Positions 1 to 11,211 of a stretch of DNA of 64,000 nt are shown here, piece by piece. The stretch's first letter is position 1. Every line of letters begins with the position of its first letter. Below the pieces are notes generated by a model. That model was given only the letters and a program-made list of their open reading frames with translations. It was not told where the DNA came from and searched no databases. Position numbers and translations under genes: made by a program. Origin of the DNA: an uncultured bacterium (GTDB lineage Bacteria > Patescibacteriota > Minisyncoccia > Phycocordibacterales > PALSA-1337); assembly GCA_903839725.1 (NCBI GenBank), contig CAIMDG010000002.1:65078-129077 (forward strand), given 5' to 3'.

Positions 1-919
1 TGTTCACTGCAAAGTGAATACCAGTGACTGTGAAATCTGTATGCCCTTTGGTGACAAGATACCTTTTGAGTATGTGAAAGTAGTGAAAGCTGTGGGAAAC
101 GCCGCAAACGCAGCTGTCGCATCAGCTCGTCTCGGTTTGAAAGCGGCTCTTGTTACACATATTGGCGATGATCAAAATGGTAAAGATTCTTTGGTAGAAC
201 TTCACAAAAACAATGTCAGTACTTCGTATGTAACAATACAAAAAGGAAAACCGACAAATTATCATTTTGTATTGTGGTATGACATCGATCGTACTATTCT
301 TGTACATCATACCGACTATGAATATGCATTTCCAAAAATTGCAGAACCAAAGTGGATATATCTTACATCTTTGAGTAGTACTACATTCCCCTATCATATG
401 GCGATTGCTGATTATCTTGATGCACACCCAGGCGTTCGTCTCGCATTCCAGCCAGGAACATTTCAGATCAAACTTGGTTTAGAAGAATTGAAACGTATAT
501 ACCAACATACGGATGTGTTCATTGTGAACCTCGAAGAAGCACAACGTATTCTCGGAAGTAACTCGCGAGACGTCAAAGCACTTCTCAAAGGTCTTGCTAA
601 CCAGGGACCAAAATTAGTCCTTATTACTGATGCAGCAAAAGGCGCATACATGTTTGATGGTGACCATTATTATTTCATGCCTATATATCCTGATCCAAAA
701 CCTCCCTTCGAACGCACAGGATGTGGTGATGCATTCGCATCAACATTCATGGCGGCTCTCTGTATGGGAAAATCTCCACTTGAGGCTCTCGTATGGGCAC
801 CAGTCAACCCAATGTCAGTTGCTCAATTCATCGGTTCACAAGAAGGACTACTTACTGAACAACAAATAGAATGGTGGCTCAAAAGAGCACCAGCTGACTA
901 CAGACCCAAGGAAATCTAG
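1..919 (+). CDS. PfkB-family carbohydrate (ribo)kinase, probably 5'-truncated by window edge
   Basis: Open frame continues to position 2 with no stop. 'GNAANAAVA' and C-terminal 'TGCGDAFASTFMAAL' are PfkB signatures. The N-terminal ~25 aa of the fold are missing. Confidence 0.7.
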   Translation, partial: VHCKVNTSDCEICMPFGDKIPFEYVKVVKAVGNAANAAVASARLGLKAALVTHIGDDQNGKDSLVELHKNNVSTSYVTIQKGKPTNYHFVLWYDIDRTILVHHTDYEYAFPKIAEPKWIYLTSLSSTTFPYHMAIADYLDAHPGVRLAFQPGTFQIKLGLEELKRIYQHTDVFIVNLEEAQRILGSNSRDVKALLKGLANQGPKLVLITDAAKGAYMFDGDHYYFMPIYPDPKPPFERTGCGDAFASTFMAALCMGKSPLEALVWAPVNPMSVAQFIGSQEGLLTEQQIEWWLKRAPADYRPKEI

Positions 920-1611
920 TTAATATTTCTCCACCACTCTGAGACAGGAGCTTTCTCGATAACTTCGAGAACATATTCAACAGAATCTGTTATTTTGACC
1001 AATTCAAGATCATGAGGATCGATCGTATGATATTCAGCGAGCATTTTTTCTTGTAACATCTGCAAGAAACCATTCCAGAATTTTGAATCAAACAACACAA
1101 TCGGTACGCGAGGAATTTTCCCTGTCTGTATCAACGTAAGTACACTGAACAATTCATCAAATGTTCCAAATCCTCCTGGAAAAAATACATATGTCTCCGC
1201 AGCGAATGTCAGCATTGTTTTTCGAGAAAAGAAATAACTAAATTTCATTGAATCAGTTGCTGCACCATTGATATGGTGTTCGTGAGGCAAACTGATATTC
1301 AATCCAACTGACTGTCCATGAGCTTCTGCAGCACCTTTGTTGGCTGCTTCCATAACTCCAGGTCCTCCGCCGGTAATAACTGCATATTTCAATTCCTTGG
1401 CAATACGTGTACCGAGCTCATGTGCACTCTTATATGTCTGACTATCCGGAGCAACCAATGACGAACCGAATATCGTAACTGACTTTGGATATTTTCGTAC
1501 AAATGCAAAACCTTCTTTGAATTCTCTATTGATACGTTCGAGGTGTGTTTCAATTTCATCGCCGTGAATATCTCGTCGCGAAAAGAAGTGGGGATTTTTT
1601 TGATTGTTCAT
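916..1611 (-). CDS. LOG family protein (TIGR00730, cytokinin riboside 5'-monophosphate phosphoribohydrolase-like)
   Basis: 'GGGPGVMEAANKGA' and 'PGGFGTFDEL' LOG motifs. Start moved to internal Met (MNNQKN...) because the upstream part of the ORF only translates the palindromic repeat. Confidence 0.75.
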   Translation of the reverse strand: MNNQKNPHFFSRRDIHGDEIETHLERINREFKEGFAFVRKYPKSVTIFGSSLVAPDSQTYKSAHELGTRIAKELKYAVITGGGPGVMEAANKGAAEAHGQSVGLNISLPHEHHINGAATDSMKFSYFFSRKTMLTFAAETYVFFPGGFGTFDELFSVLTLIQTGKIPRVPIVLFDSKFWNGFLQMLQEKMLAEYHTIDPHDLELVKITDSVEYVLEVIEKAPVSEWWRNIN

Positions 1612-1650
1612 GGATTGATTATAACTGAGGAATGCATAATTTAAAACTAG

Positions 1651-3042
<1,392 letters not shown>

Positions 3043-3109
3043 AGCTCGTGATTAAGTATTTGACATATAAAATAATTAATGGCAATATGATTTAAAACAA
3101 TATTGCTCT

Positions 3110-3913
3110 TTGAATTTGAGCAAGGAAGGAAACATGCTAAGCAAAATTGCAGCTGATAATCTCAAAAAAGACGGAAAAGTTTTAGGTGAGAAATGGTTTC
3201 AGACTTACGGCGGTTGGTTCTCTGACCGTGAGAACATGCAAATATTTACCGATTCGATAATCCGTGGTTGTAGCCTCAGAGCTCAACATGATCTTGAAAT
3301 ATTATATGTAGGATCTGCTTCCGGCGAACTCGGCGAACAGTTTGTTCGTGCACTTGGTGGAGGCCATCTTACACTTGTTGATGTGGCCGAGGAACATCTT
3401 AAACTTAATACAAATCCAGCAACAACCAAATTGTGCATGGATGTCCTCGGAATGAATCTCAACAAAAAGTTTGACATTGTCATGATGCGGAGTTTCCTTG
3501 ATTACTTTCCCACAATGAATGAACAAATCGCAGTTCTTAAGGTAGTCAAAGAACACCTACGACCGGGCGGATTGTTTATTAATCAACCAGCATCTATTCC
3601 CACAGCGCACGCGCGAAATGTAATCAGTCGAGCATATTGTAGTGTGCCCAATATTGGCAAACGTTTATTTCAAAGCTGGGACATTGGACACTTATATGCA
3701 AGTGCAGGACTCGGTGGTGCCCCGTTTATATACGGAGATGGCAAAATTATGCGCATCACCGAACAAGATCACATCGCACGTTATGCCATTACACCTACTG
3801 ACATTGTTACCCTGCAGACAATATTAAAAGACGCCGAACGTTCAGTAGAGATAACAAAAAATGGTTACACCCTCTCGTTCGAATTCCCAATCCTTGCAAA
3901 GTTCGTCCAATAA
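3110..3913 (+). CDS. hypothetical protein, class I SAM-dependent methyltransferase-like fold
   Basis: 'ILYVGSASGELGEQ' (motif I-like), 'FDIVMMRSFLDYFP' and 'LRPGGLFINQ'. Alternative start at 3134. Confidence 0.4.
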   Translation: MNLSKEGNMLSKIAADNLKKDGKVLGEKWFQTYGGWFSDRENMQIFTDSIIRGCSLRAQHDLEILYVGSASGELGEQFVRALGGGHLTLVDVAEEHLKLNTNPATTKLCMDVLGMNLNKKFDIVMMRSFLDYFPTMNEQIAVLKVVKEHLRPGGLFINQPASIPTAHARNVISRAYCSVPNIGKRLFQSWDIGHLYASAGLGGAPFIYGDGKIMRITEQDHIARYAITPTDIVTLQTILKDAERSVEITKNGYTLSFEFPILAKFVQ

Positions 3914-3937
3914 CATTCACTTGATTATCCATACCCG

Positions 3938-3962
3938 CCAGTTGCTTGGCGGGGTTTTTATT
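3938..3962 (+). terminator. rho-independent terminator
   Basis: 'CCCGCCAGTTGCTTGGCGGGG' hairpin followed by a T-run. Confidence 0.55.
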
Positions 3963-4006
3963 TAATTATATGAGCCTTTTTGACTTCCTTGTGCTAGCAT
4001 GTCCCT

Positions 4007-5272
4007 ATGAAAGAAACAGCTGAGACCCTATACGACGTGGCCGTGATCGGTGGTGGACCCGCTGGCATGATGGCAGCTGGACGAGCAGCAGAGCGTGGCT
4101 TGAATGTTATCCTACTTGAAAAGAATACTTCTCTCGGCAAAAAGCTCCTCATCAGTGGTGGTGGAAGATGCAATCTCACCAACGCAGAGCCTGATGTACG
4201 CGCATTTCTCTCAAAATTCAAAGATGATGGTAAATTTCTTTTCTCTACATTTTCACAGCACAGTGTAAAAGACACACTCGAATTTTTCAGTAATCGATTC
4301 ATGGAAACAAAAGTCGAAGAAGGTAAACGTGTCTTCCCTGTCAGTGATTCTGCACAATCAGTATTCGACGTCCTCATTTCATACATGAAAGCAGGCAAAG
4401 TCACCGTACGCTCAAATGCTCCTGTTACCGGATTTATACAACACACAGACAAAACTATTACGGGTGTGCAACTCAAGAATGGTGAAGTTATCAAAGCCAA
4501 GAATTTTATTCTCGCAACTGGTGGTAAATCTCACCCTGAAACTGGTTCCACTGGCGAAGGATTCAACTGGCTCACTAAAATTGGCCATACTATTTCAGAA
4601 CCAAAGGCAGCATTGGTACCTATAGAAGTTCGTGATCAATGGGTCAAAGAGATTTCTGGTGTCTCAATACCAAATGCGAAAATTACCCTCTACCAAAATG
4701 GAGCGAAACAAGCAACAAAAAAAGGTAAAATTTTGTTCACACACTTTGGTCTATCAGGACCAGCCATACTCAACATGTCTTCAGAAGTCGAAGATCTCAT
4801 GAAGTATGGCGAAGTCGTTATCTCTCTCGACCTTCTTCCTGAACATGATTATGCAACCTTGAATGAAGCACTACAAAACCTATTCACAAAAGATAGTAAT
4901 AAGAAATTCAAGAACAGTATTGGTTCACTCATACCTACAGCATTCATTGACGTTGTTGTGCAGCGTTCTCTCATCAATCCCGAAACCCCCAACCACAGTA
5001 TCACTCGACAGGAACGTCTCGACTTGGTGAAACTTCTCAAGGACATGCATATTCACCCAACCAAGTTGCTCGGTGTCGACAAAGCAATCATTACCTCTGG
5101 TGGTGTTACATTGACTGAAGTTGATTTTAAAACGATGAAAAGTCTTGTCACACCTAACTTATATCTTATCGGTGATGTCTTGAATATAGATCGACCATCA
5201 GGTGGATATAGTCTACAAATTTGTTGGAGTACAGGATGGGTTGCCGGAAATGCTATTCCTATCTCAAAATAG
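4007..5272 (+). CDS. HI0933/BaiN-family NAD(P)/FAD-dependent oxidoreductase
   Basis: N-terminal 'YDVAVIGGGPAGMMAAGRAA' Rossmann motif and 'GGGRCNLTN', typical of the aminoacetone oxidase/HI0933 family. Confidence 0.8.
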   Translation: MKETAETLYDVAVIGGGPAGMMAAGRAAERGLNVILLEKNTSLGKKLLISGGGRCNLTNAEPDVRAFLSKFKDDGKFLFSTFSQHSVKDTLEFFSNRFMETKVEEGKRVFPVSDSAQSVFDVLISYMKAGKVTVRSNAPVTGFIQHTDKTITGVQLKNGEVIKAKNFILATGGKSHPETGSTGEGFNWLTKIGHTISEPKAALVPIEVRDQWVKEISGVSIPNAKITLYQNGAKQATKKGKILFTHFGLSGPAILNMSSEVEDLMKYGEVVISLDLLPEHDYATLNEALQNLFTKDSNKKFKNSIGSLIPTAFIDVVVQRSLINPETPNHSITRQERLDLVKLLKDMHIHPTKLLGVDKAIITSGGVTLTEVDFKTMKSLVTPNLYLIGDVLNIDRPSGGYSLQICWSTGWVAGNAIPISK

Positions 5273-5411
5273 GTCCATCTATCGCTCTCAAACGAGTGTA
5301 TAAACCAGTTGACACAAGTGTTCTGCAGTAGTACTATTCTCAACTGAACGCCATCCATATGTTTGGATGTCTAGGTTTGCAGAGCACAAAACAATCGAAC
5401 ACTGAACGACA

Positions 5412-5762
5412 ATGAAAAAAAATAAAGGGACGAGCATCCCTGCAGTAGGACCAGAAATTCTGGCCCATAAAACCGCAACAAGTCCGCTGCGCCGGAAGAT
5501 TGAAGAGGAAATCCTCGAAATCCAACGGAGCAACGACACTCAAGTCCACCATTTGAAGCTCCGGTATCGTAACCGGAACATCATGGTCAAGATCACCCGT
5601 TCCATCCCACTGTTCATTGTGGATGCGAAACGCGAAATTTTTCTCATCATTATCCGCACGGCCCAGAAAATATCCAACGGCTGTGGGAAATTGGTGGAGG
5701 TTGTCCGCACCTTCAAGGCCCGCGAAATCGCGCGTCTGACCATGGTTGCGACGGCCGCCTGA
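5412..5762 (+). CDS. hypothetical small protein (GC-rich singleton)
   Basis: ORF in a locally GC-rich segment, followed by a strong + strand terminator at 5783-5817. No recognisable motif. Confidence 0.35.
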   Translation: MKKNKGTSIPAVGPEILAHKTATSPLRRKIEEEILEIQRSNDTQVHHLKLRYRNRNIMVKITRSIPLFIVDAKREIFLIIIRTAQKISNGCGKLVEVVRTFKAREIARLTMVATAA

Positions 5763-5782
5763 AAATACCTTTTGAACAACAC

Positions 5783-5817
5783 CCGCCAGCGCAAATGCAC
5801 TGGCGGACTTCTTTTTA
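5783..5817 (+). terminator. rho-independent terminator
   Basis: 'CCGCCAGCGCAAATGCACTGGCGG' hairpin followed by 'ACTTCTTTTT'. Confidence 0.6.
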
Positions 5818-5819
5818 TA

Positions 5820-7787
5820 CTAATATGGATCCTCTTCCACCTCTTTCTTTGTATCTACTTTTTCAGCACTAGAAGTCTTTTTGATATATCCCAGCAATAC
5901 GCGTGCCAAACGAATATCTCTAAATGAAACACTTGCTCCAACCTTATTTTTTACTGGAGAAAGTAATGGTGGTTTATCGTCTTGCTGAGCAAGTGAGACG
6001 GTCTCCAAAGCTTTTTCAATTTTACCAAAATGCTGTGGCGAAATTTCATATTTGAGATACGCGATGTCTGATTGCATGAGATGCTCTGTAGGATCTGATC
6101 CATCAGTAGCTATGAGATATTCGAGGTGATATATAATAGTTTCAATGACCATGTCACGCGCCTCAGCCATCTCTTTGAGATTTTTCTGTGAACGAACAAG
6201 ATTGGCAGTACGAGCAAATGTTGAGATCTTAACTGGCTTTTCTTTTTTGATACGTTTGCGTGTGGTCTTACCTGTCTTCGGATCCACATACGAGTGCATC
6301 GGTGCAACTTTACCCAAAAATGATTCATGCGCACGGATAATTTCTTTTTCATCTGTATGAGTAATGATACTTTCTGCTTTTGCAGATAATTCACGAAGAT
6401 GGTGATCGTATTCGAGCACTTCATGATTGACCTTGAGTGCATGTTGATTGAGTCCGAGAATTCGTAGGCCAGCTAACGTACGTACGCGAGACAATGCCAC
6501 ATACCCCATACCAGGCTCGAATGAACGAGACAGGTCGACTTCTATTGCATCCAAACTCATTCCCTGACTCTTGTGGACGGTGATAGCCCACGCAAGGCGT
6601 AGCGGATACTGATGTATTTCCGCCAAGACTTTACCATCATCTTCTATCTGCCACGTTGCTAATTCGATGGTTAACAATCTACCATCTGGAAAATCAGGTG
6701 TTGCCGCGGTTCGAATAACTGGATCAACTCCATATCCGCAGGAAATGATGACGCCGAGCGTTCCATTCACGTATCCTTTTTCAAAATTGTTTTTGACACA
6801 CATCACGCGTGCACCTTTTTTCAAGCGTAACTTTTCAGGTGCTAAACAGGTTTTTTTAAGAGTTTCAACGAGCGGTTTTCGTCCTCGAGAAGTCATTTCG
6901 TAGACGCATTCGTATGCCTTGACTTTACCGAGTTCACGATCGTTCACGGTGTCGACATCGATATTGTGAGTGTAGAGGCGGGTGGGTTCGATGAGGGTTT
7001 CTTCAATATTGAGATCAATTATTTCTTCAGTGTCGTCAGAGGTAACAACACCGTCGCCTCTCGAGCCGTACAATATGTCTTCGTTCTGCAAAGTCGACAT
7101 ATTGTCCAGCTCTGCAGCGACGGCTGACGTTAACTGAGAAGACGCCAGCTTGGAAACTTCTTTTTTAAACCGGCCTCTCAATAGCTCCTGGGAACGCTCG
7201 GAAACTTCTCCTGAACGGATCTCATTTAAAATAGAGAGTGAGACATCGTCACCTTGTCGATAATTTTCTGAGAGGTAACACACAGCAAATTTACCTTGTT
7301 TCCACGAATCAGCATGATAGATGAATTGTGGTCGCTGTTCACCCATTCTCGACACTGGCGGTAATTGAAAGAAGTCGCCACATAATATCATTTGTATTCC
7401 ACCAAATGGTTCGGATGATTTACGAACGCGTTTGAGCACTTGATCAACGAGGTCAAGTCGGAAATGGTGAAGCATTGAAACTTCGTCGATAATCAATACT
7501 TGAGCTTCTTCTATTTTCTTACGTACACTCGCCTTTTGACTGATAGCTTCAACGTCATCCTCTGAAAGATAGTCTTTGATACCAATTCCTGACCATGAAT
7601 GAATAGTCACTCCACCCATATGAGTCGCAGCAATACCGGTAGATGCGGTGATACCTATAGGAACCTCGTGATCTTTCAAATATCTGATGTACTGATTGAC
7701 TACGAATGTCTTACCAGATCCTGCGGGGCCTGTAATGAAGACATTTTGTCCAGCTTTAAGAATATTCAGTGCATCTTTCTGAGTCAT
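5820..7787 (-). CDS. PIF1/RecD-like ATP-dependent DNA helicase with ~200-aa C-terminal extension
   Basis: Walker A 'GPAGSGKTF' and Walker B 'IIDEVSM'. AAA_30/PIF1-like motifs through ~aa 430, then a C-terminal domain of unknown function. Confidence 0.75.
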   Translation of the reverse strand: MTQKDALNILKAGQNVFITGPAGSGKTFVVNQYIRYLKDHEVPIGITASTGIAATHMGGVTIHSWSGIGIKDYLSEDDVEAISQKASVRKKIEEAQVLIIDEVSMLHHFRLDLVDQVLKRVRKSSEPFGGIQMILCGDFFQLPPVSRMGEQRPQFIYHADSWKQGKFAVCYLSENYRQGDDVSLSILNEIRSGEVSERSQELLRGRFKKEVSKLASSQLTSAVAAELDNMSTLQNEDILYGSRGDGVVTSDDTEEIIDLNIEETLIEPTRLYTHNIDVDTVNDRELGKVKAYECVYEMTSRGRKPLVETLKKTCLAPEKLRLKKGARVMCVKNNFEKGYVNGTLGVIISCGYGVDPVIRTAATPDFPDGRLLTIELATWQIEDDGKVLAEIHQYPLRLAWAITVHKSQGMSLDAIEVDLSRSFEPGMGYVALSRVRTLAGLRILGLNQHALKVNHEVLEYDHHLRELSAKAESIITHTDEKEIIRAHESFLGKVAPMHSYVDPKTGKTTRKRIKKEKPVKISTFARTANLVRSQKNLKEMAEARDMVIETIIYHLEYLIATDGSDPTEHLMQSDIAYLKYEISPQHFGKIEKALETVSLAQQDDKPPLLSPVKNKVGASVSFRDIRLARVLLGYIKKTSSAEKVDTKKEVEEDPY

Positions 7788-7965
7788 GGAGAGATTTTAC
7801 ACTACTTCTCAATAATCACCGCAAAAAATACGTGTACAAGCTGTTGATTGTATTACTCCATACAAAATACATACCATCAACTGCACCAAACTATTCTTCT
7901 CAAACGTAGTTATAGTAGTCGAATGATTATAAGATATTAATGAATATAACCTACACAATTAACCT

Positions 7966-8562
7966 ATGAAAACTTACAAACGCACACGTATTATCGCTAG
8001 TTTAGCTCTTTTGAGTTCACTTACCCTTACTGGAGTTACTTTTGCTGCCACTGACGTACATCCAACAAAAACAAATAGCTCAATATCACGAAGTATTGGA
8101 GCACGTAGTATGAAATCGCGCACAGCAACAAGTACACAAACGTTCAGGAAACGTGAAAATGCTTCGAGTACTCCCCAATTTAGCCACAGATCAGCAACAA
8201 GCACTCCTACAGTTGTTGGTACAGTTACTGCAGTCACTGGCAATAGCTTTACCGTAGTTCGTGCCGGTCGTCCTCAATTCACAATCAATTCAAGAGGTAA
8301 AAGTGCTTCAACAACACCTGCAAGGATAATTCCTGCAACAGCAACAACAACATTTACTGTCAACGTAACAAGTGGTACCACCTATATGAAAAATGGAAAA
8401 CTTGATTCATTGACTGATGTTACTGTTGGATCATTTGTCGCTATTACAGGAACACTTGATACAAATACCAATACCATCACTGCTCTTGGTGTTCATCTCA
8501 CAGACAAACCATCAAAAGCTCTCAAAAACGGTTCCACCAAAATCAAAGGAGCGAAAAAATAG
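7966..8562 (+). CDS. secreted Ser/Thr-rich protein of unknown function
   Basis: N-terminal signal peptide 'IIASLALLSSLTLTGVTFAA'. Low-complexity S/T-rich body. Confidence 0.5.
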   Translation: MKTYKRTRIIASLALLSSLTLTGVTFAATDVHPTKTNSSISRSIGARSMKSRTATSTQTFRKRENASSTPQFSHRSATSTPTVVGTVTAVTGNSFTVVRAGRPQFTINSRGKSASTTPARIIPATATTTFTVNVTSGTTYMKNGKLDSLTDVTVGSFVAITGTLDTNTNTITALGVHLTDKPSKALKNGSTKIKGAKK

Positions 8563-8586
8563 CAAACCAAAAAACTTATAATGTTC

Positions 8587-8715
8587 CACGTCGTAGAGGA
8601 GGGGGTGCCATATTCATTTTTTGTACAAGTTTGTAAACACTGTGGTACGCGATGTAATGTAAGTGTTTCTAAACTTGTACAAAAAATGAATATGGCACCC
8701 CCTCCTCTACGCGTG
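8587..8715. repeat. Family-1 ~125-bp palindromic intergenic element, copy 1 (inverted orientation relative to copies 2 and 3)
   Basis: ~45-bp near-perfect inverted arms '...GGAGGGGGTGCCATATTCATTTTTTGTACAAGTTT' around a ~38-bp non-palindromic core. The core's reverse complement matches the cores at 48105-48142 and 53566-53602. Confidence 0.8.
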
Positions 8716-8773
8716 TTTGACAATGAATCATTTTTGGTTTGCTATTTTAGCGCTTAAATGCTAGAGTATTTTC

Positions 8774-9823
8774 ATGGAAAAATTCGCCCCACGATCAAAT
8801 TCTAAGTTTGTCCCAAAATTTGTGCGCAACTCGCACAAGAAGAGTTTTGGCAAAAAAGTCTTTAGTACCAGCATTCCTGGCACATCAGCAACCTCATCAC
8901 GACCAGCTCGTCCTGCAGGAAGTGCATTCAAACCTTTCAATAAAGCAGGTGGTTCATTCAAGCCATATAACAAAGACAAAGCACCATTCAAAGCTGAAAA
9001 TAAGGAGGCGGGCTCATTCAAGCCGACCAATTTCAAAAGTGGCCCCAAGAAATTTGGCCGACAACCTAGACCTGCTCGTATCAAAACAAAAGCACCAGGT
9101 CCATCCCCTATTCCCACTGCTGATCCATATGCATTCCCTATGCGCATCAACAAATATCTTGCATTCAAAGGATTCGCAACACGTCGCGGTGCCGATGAAT
9201 TGATCACCAAAAGACGTGTCACTATCAATGGTAGTTATGCAGTACTCGGTGATCGTGTTGAAGAGTCGGATGTCGTTGAAGTCAACAATCACAAAAAGAT
9301 AGAGTCGTATGTTTATTACGCCTACAATAAACCAAGTGGCATTTCTACCGATGAAACACGCAAAGGTACGCCAAGTATTGCTCAGTCTATTTCTCTCCGT
9401 GGAGTATTTTCTGTAGGACACCTCGACACCAAAGCAAATGGCCTCATGATACTCACCAACGATCGCCGTGTTTCAAGTCGCCTTTTTAACAATGGACATG
9501 AACATGACGCTGAATATGTCATCCGTTCAATTACTCCATTCCGTAATAATTTCAAAGAAAAGATGGCTGAGGGAGTACATATCGGTGGACATGTCGTCGC
9601 TCGTGCTTCAGTCAAAATAGAAGATCCTCATCTTTGCTCGCTCATTACCACTGATGCAGGAAACCACATCCGCCAGATGTGTGCGACACTTTTCGCTGAA
9701 ATCGAACAACTTACTCGTACTCGTATTTTGAATATTAAGCTTGATCGTTTGCAATCAAATGCATTTCGTAAAATTGAAGATGATGAATTGAAGGAATTCC
9801 TCGAAGCTCTCGGTTTGCAATAA
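8774..9823 (+). CDS. RsuA/RluB-family rRNA pseudouridine synthase with Lys/Pro-rich N-terminal extension
   Basis: S4 domain 'INKYLAFKGFATRRGADELI' and catalytic region 'GHLDTKANGLMILTND'. A ~120-aa basic low-complexity N-terminus. Confidence 0.7.
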   Translation: MEKFAPRSNSKFVPKFVRNSHKKSFGKKVFSTSIPGTSATSSRPARPAGSAFKPFNKAGGSFKPYNKDKAPFKAENKEAGSFKPTNFKSGPKKFGRQPRPARIKTKAPGPSPIPTADPYAFPMRINKYLAFKGFATRRGADELITKRRVTINGSYAVLGDRVEESDVVEVNNHKKIESYVYYAYNKPSGISTDETRKGTPSIAQSISLRGVFSVGHLDTKANGLMILTNDRRVSSRLFNNGHEHDAEYVIRSITPFRNNFKEKMAEGVHIGGHVVARASVKIEDPHLCSLITTDAGNHIRQMCATLFAEIEQLTRTRILNIKLDRLQSNAFRKIEDDELKEFLEALGLQ

Positions 9824-9851
9824 AAAATACCCTACTCTGGGGTATTCCAAG

Positions 9852-9881
9852 AAAAAGGGCCTGTCGTGAGACGGGCCCTTT
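9852..9881 (-). terminator. rho-independent terminator for the minus-strand gene at 9900-10766
   Basis: 'GGGCC-TGTCGTGAGACG-GGCCC' hairpin with a T-run on the minus strand. Confidence 0.5.
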
Positions 9882-9899
9882 GCGATATGAACGCAAGGT

Positions 9900-10766
9900 T
9901 CAATTGTAAATGCGGAACTTGCCCGCGTCGCCTTCGACCCCGGTCTGCACAGCGAGCATTTCGACTGGGGTGAGGTCGTAGGTTGCAAGTAACCACACAA
10001 TGCCGCGCTTGACGCCGACGACCAAAGGATCGGCCGGGGCAATCGAAACAATAGCATTACGTTGCCACCGTGGCGCATTGGCGATGATAAATACATCATC
10101 GAACAGCTTCTGCTTGGCGCGAATATGGTCGCGAACTGCTTGAGGCATGACGCCTTCATAGCGAGCCGTGATCCAGACGGAATCGAGACGTTGCTCTTCA
10201 CATTCCAGCTGAAACGAACTGACAAGCAGATCGTCAACGAGATGCAATTTGAGCACATCTGGCAATTCTGGTTCAACCTGCATGCTACGTGCCACCGGAT
10301 CCAAAATCGGAACCGTTCGGGCAGTGAAGATATTGCCGGCGAACTGAAGGCCACTCTTGAAGGTGATACGGCAGATCGGCGAATTGATGTTATAGACCGA
10401 GAATGCAGGATACGTTGAATGGGTCTTCCACGACAAGAATTGTGGATTGATTGTCGGGAAGCCGAGAGATGGAGTCAATTCGCGAATGTCCAATTCGTTG
10501 CAGATATTTTTGTGACGCTGCAACAACGAAGTTCTCAGAGATTCCTCGACAGGCAATGTGTCCTGAAGTTTGCCGAAGATCGCATCGCGCTGCATAACGA
10601 GACGCTCGATGCTTTCGGGACTTAGTTCACGTTCGGTCATGAACCGTGCTTGCGTTGCCGCAAGAGGGACAGCGAGTTCTGGTCTGAGTCCTTCGGGCCA
10701 CATGCCCAAAACGAGACGCTCATGCAAAAGACGCGGAATGAGTAACGATGGTGTTTGATTTGTCAT
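9900..10766 (-). CDS. hypothetical protein (GC-rich singleton)
   Basis: Long ORF with visibly higher GC than surrounding genes. No recognisable motif. Start set at internal Met 'MTNQTPSLL'. Confidence 0.4.
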   Translation of the reverse strand: MTNQTPSLLIPRLLHERLVLGMWPEGLRPELAVPLAATQARFMTERELSPESIERLVMQRDAIFGKLQDTLPVEESLRTSLLQRHKNICNELDIRELTPSLGFPTINPQFLSWKTHSTYPAFSVYNINSPICRITFKSGLQFAGNIFTARTVPILDPVARSMQVEPELPDVLKLHLVDDLLVSSFQLECEEQRLDSVWITARYEGVMPQAVRDHIRAKQKLFDDVFIIANAPRWQRNAIVSIAPADPLVVGVKRGIVWLLATYDLTPVEMLAVQTGVEGDAGKFRIYN

Positions 10767-10958
10767 GGTGTTACTTCTCCCTTCTTTACAGAGTCTGACA
10801 ACCGGAATGATTGTAAGGCCTGTATTTACTATAATTTTACTCCTCTCAATTTTGTAAAGCCACTCAAAAGGGTGATAACTTTTATCACTAGCTACCCATC
10901 CTCGGCGCACTTCGGAAAGTTGTGCTGCACGGGGGCAAATCTCTCCTTGCTACAATAA

Positions 10959-11210
10959 CTAACCTAGTAGACGTATTTTCTCTTCTCGACTCATCCTCTT
11001 TAACTCACCTTCTCGGGCGCGAACTTTTGAATAAGTCTTATGCTTTTCTGAATATTTCAAAACAACTGGTCTTCTGATTTTTGTGTAGTGCGCACCAGAC
11101 TTCAAATGATTGTGTGCGTGCAAACGTTTCTCAAGGTCGGTAGTAGAACCGACATATAGAGTGGTGTCGGCACATTCGAGAATATATACGTAATAGATTA
11201 TTTTTTTCAT
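10959..11210 (-). CDS. GIY-YIG nuclease family protein (UPF0213/YhbQ-like)
   Basis: '[29 protein letters not shown]' is a GIY-YIG motif. 83 aa. Confidence 0.7.
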   Translation of the reverse strand: MKKIIYYVYILECADTTLYVGSTTDLEKRLHAHNHLKSGAHYTKIRRPVVLKYSEKHKTYSKVRAREGELKRMSREEKIRLLG

Positions 11211-11211
11211 A

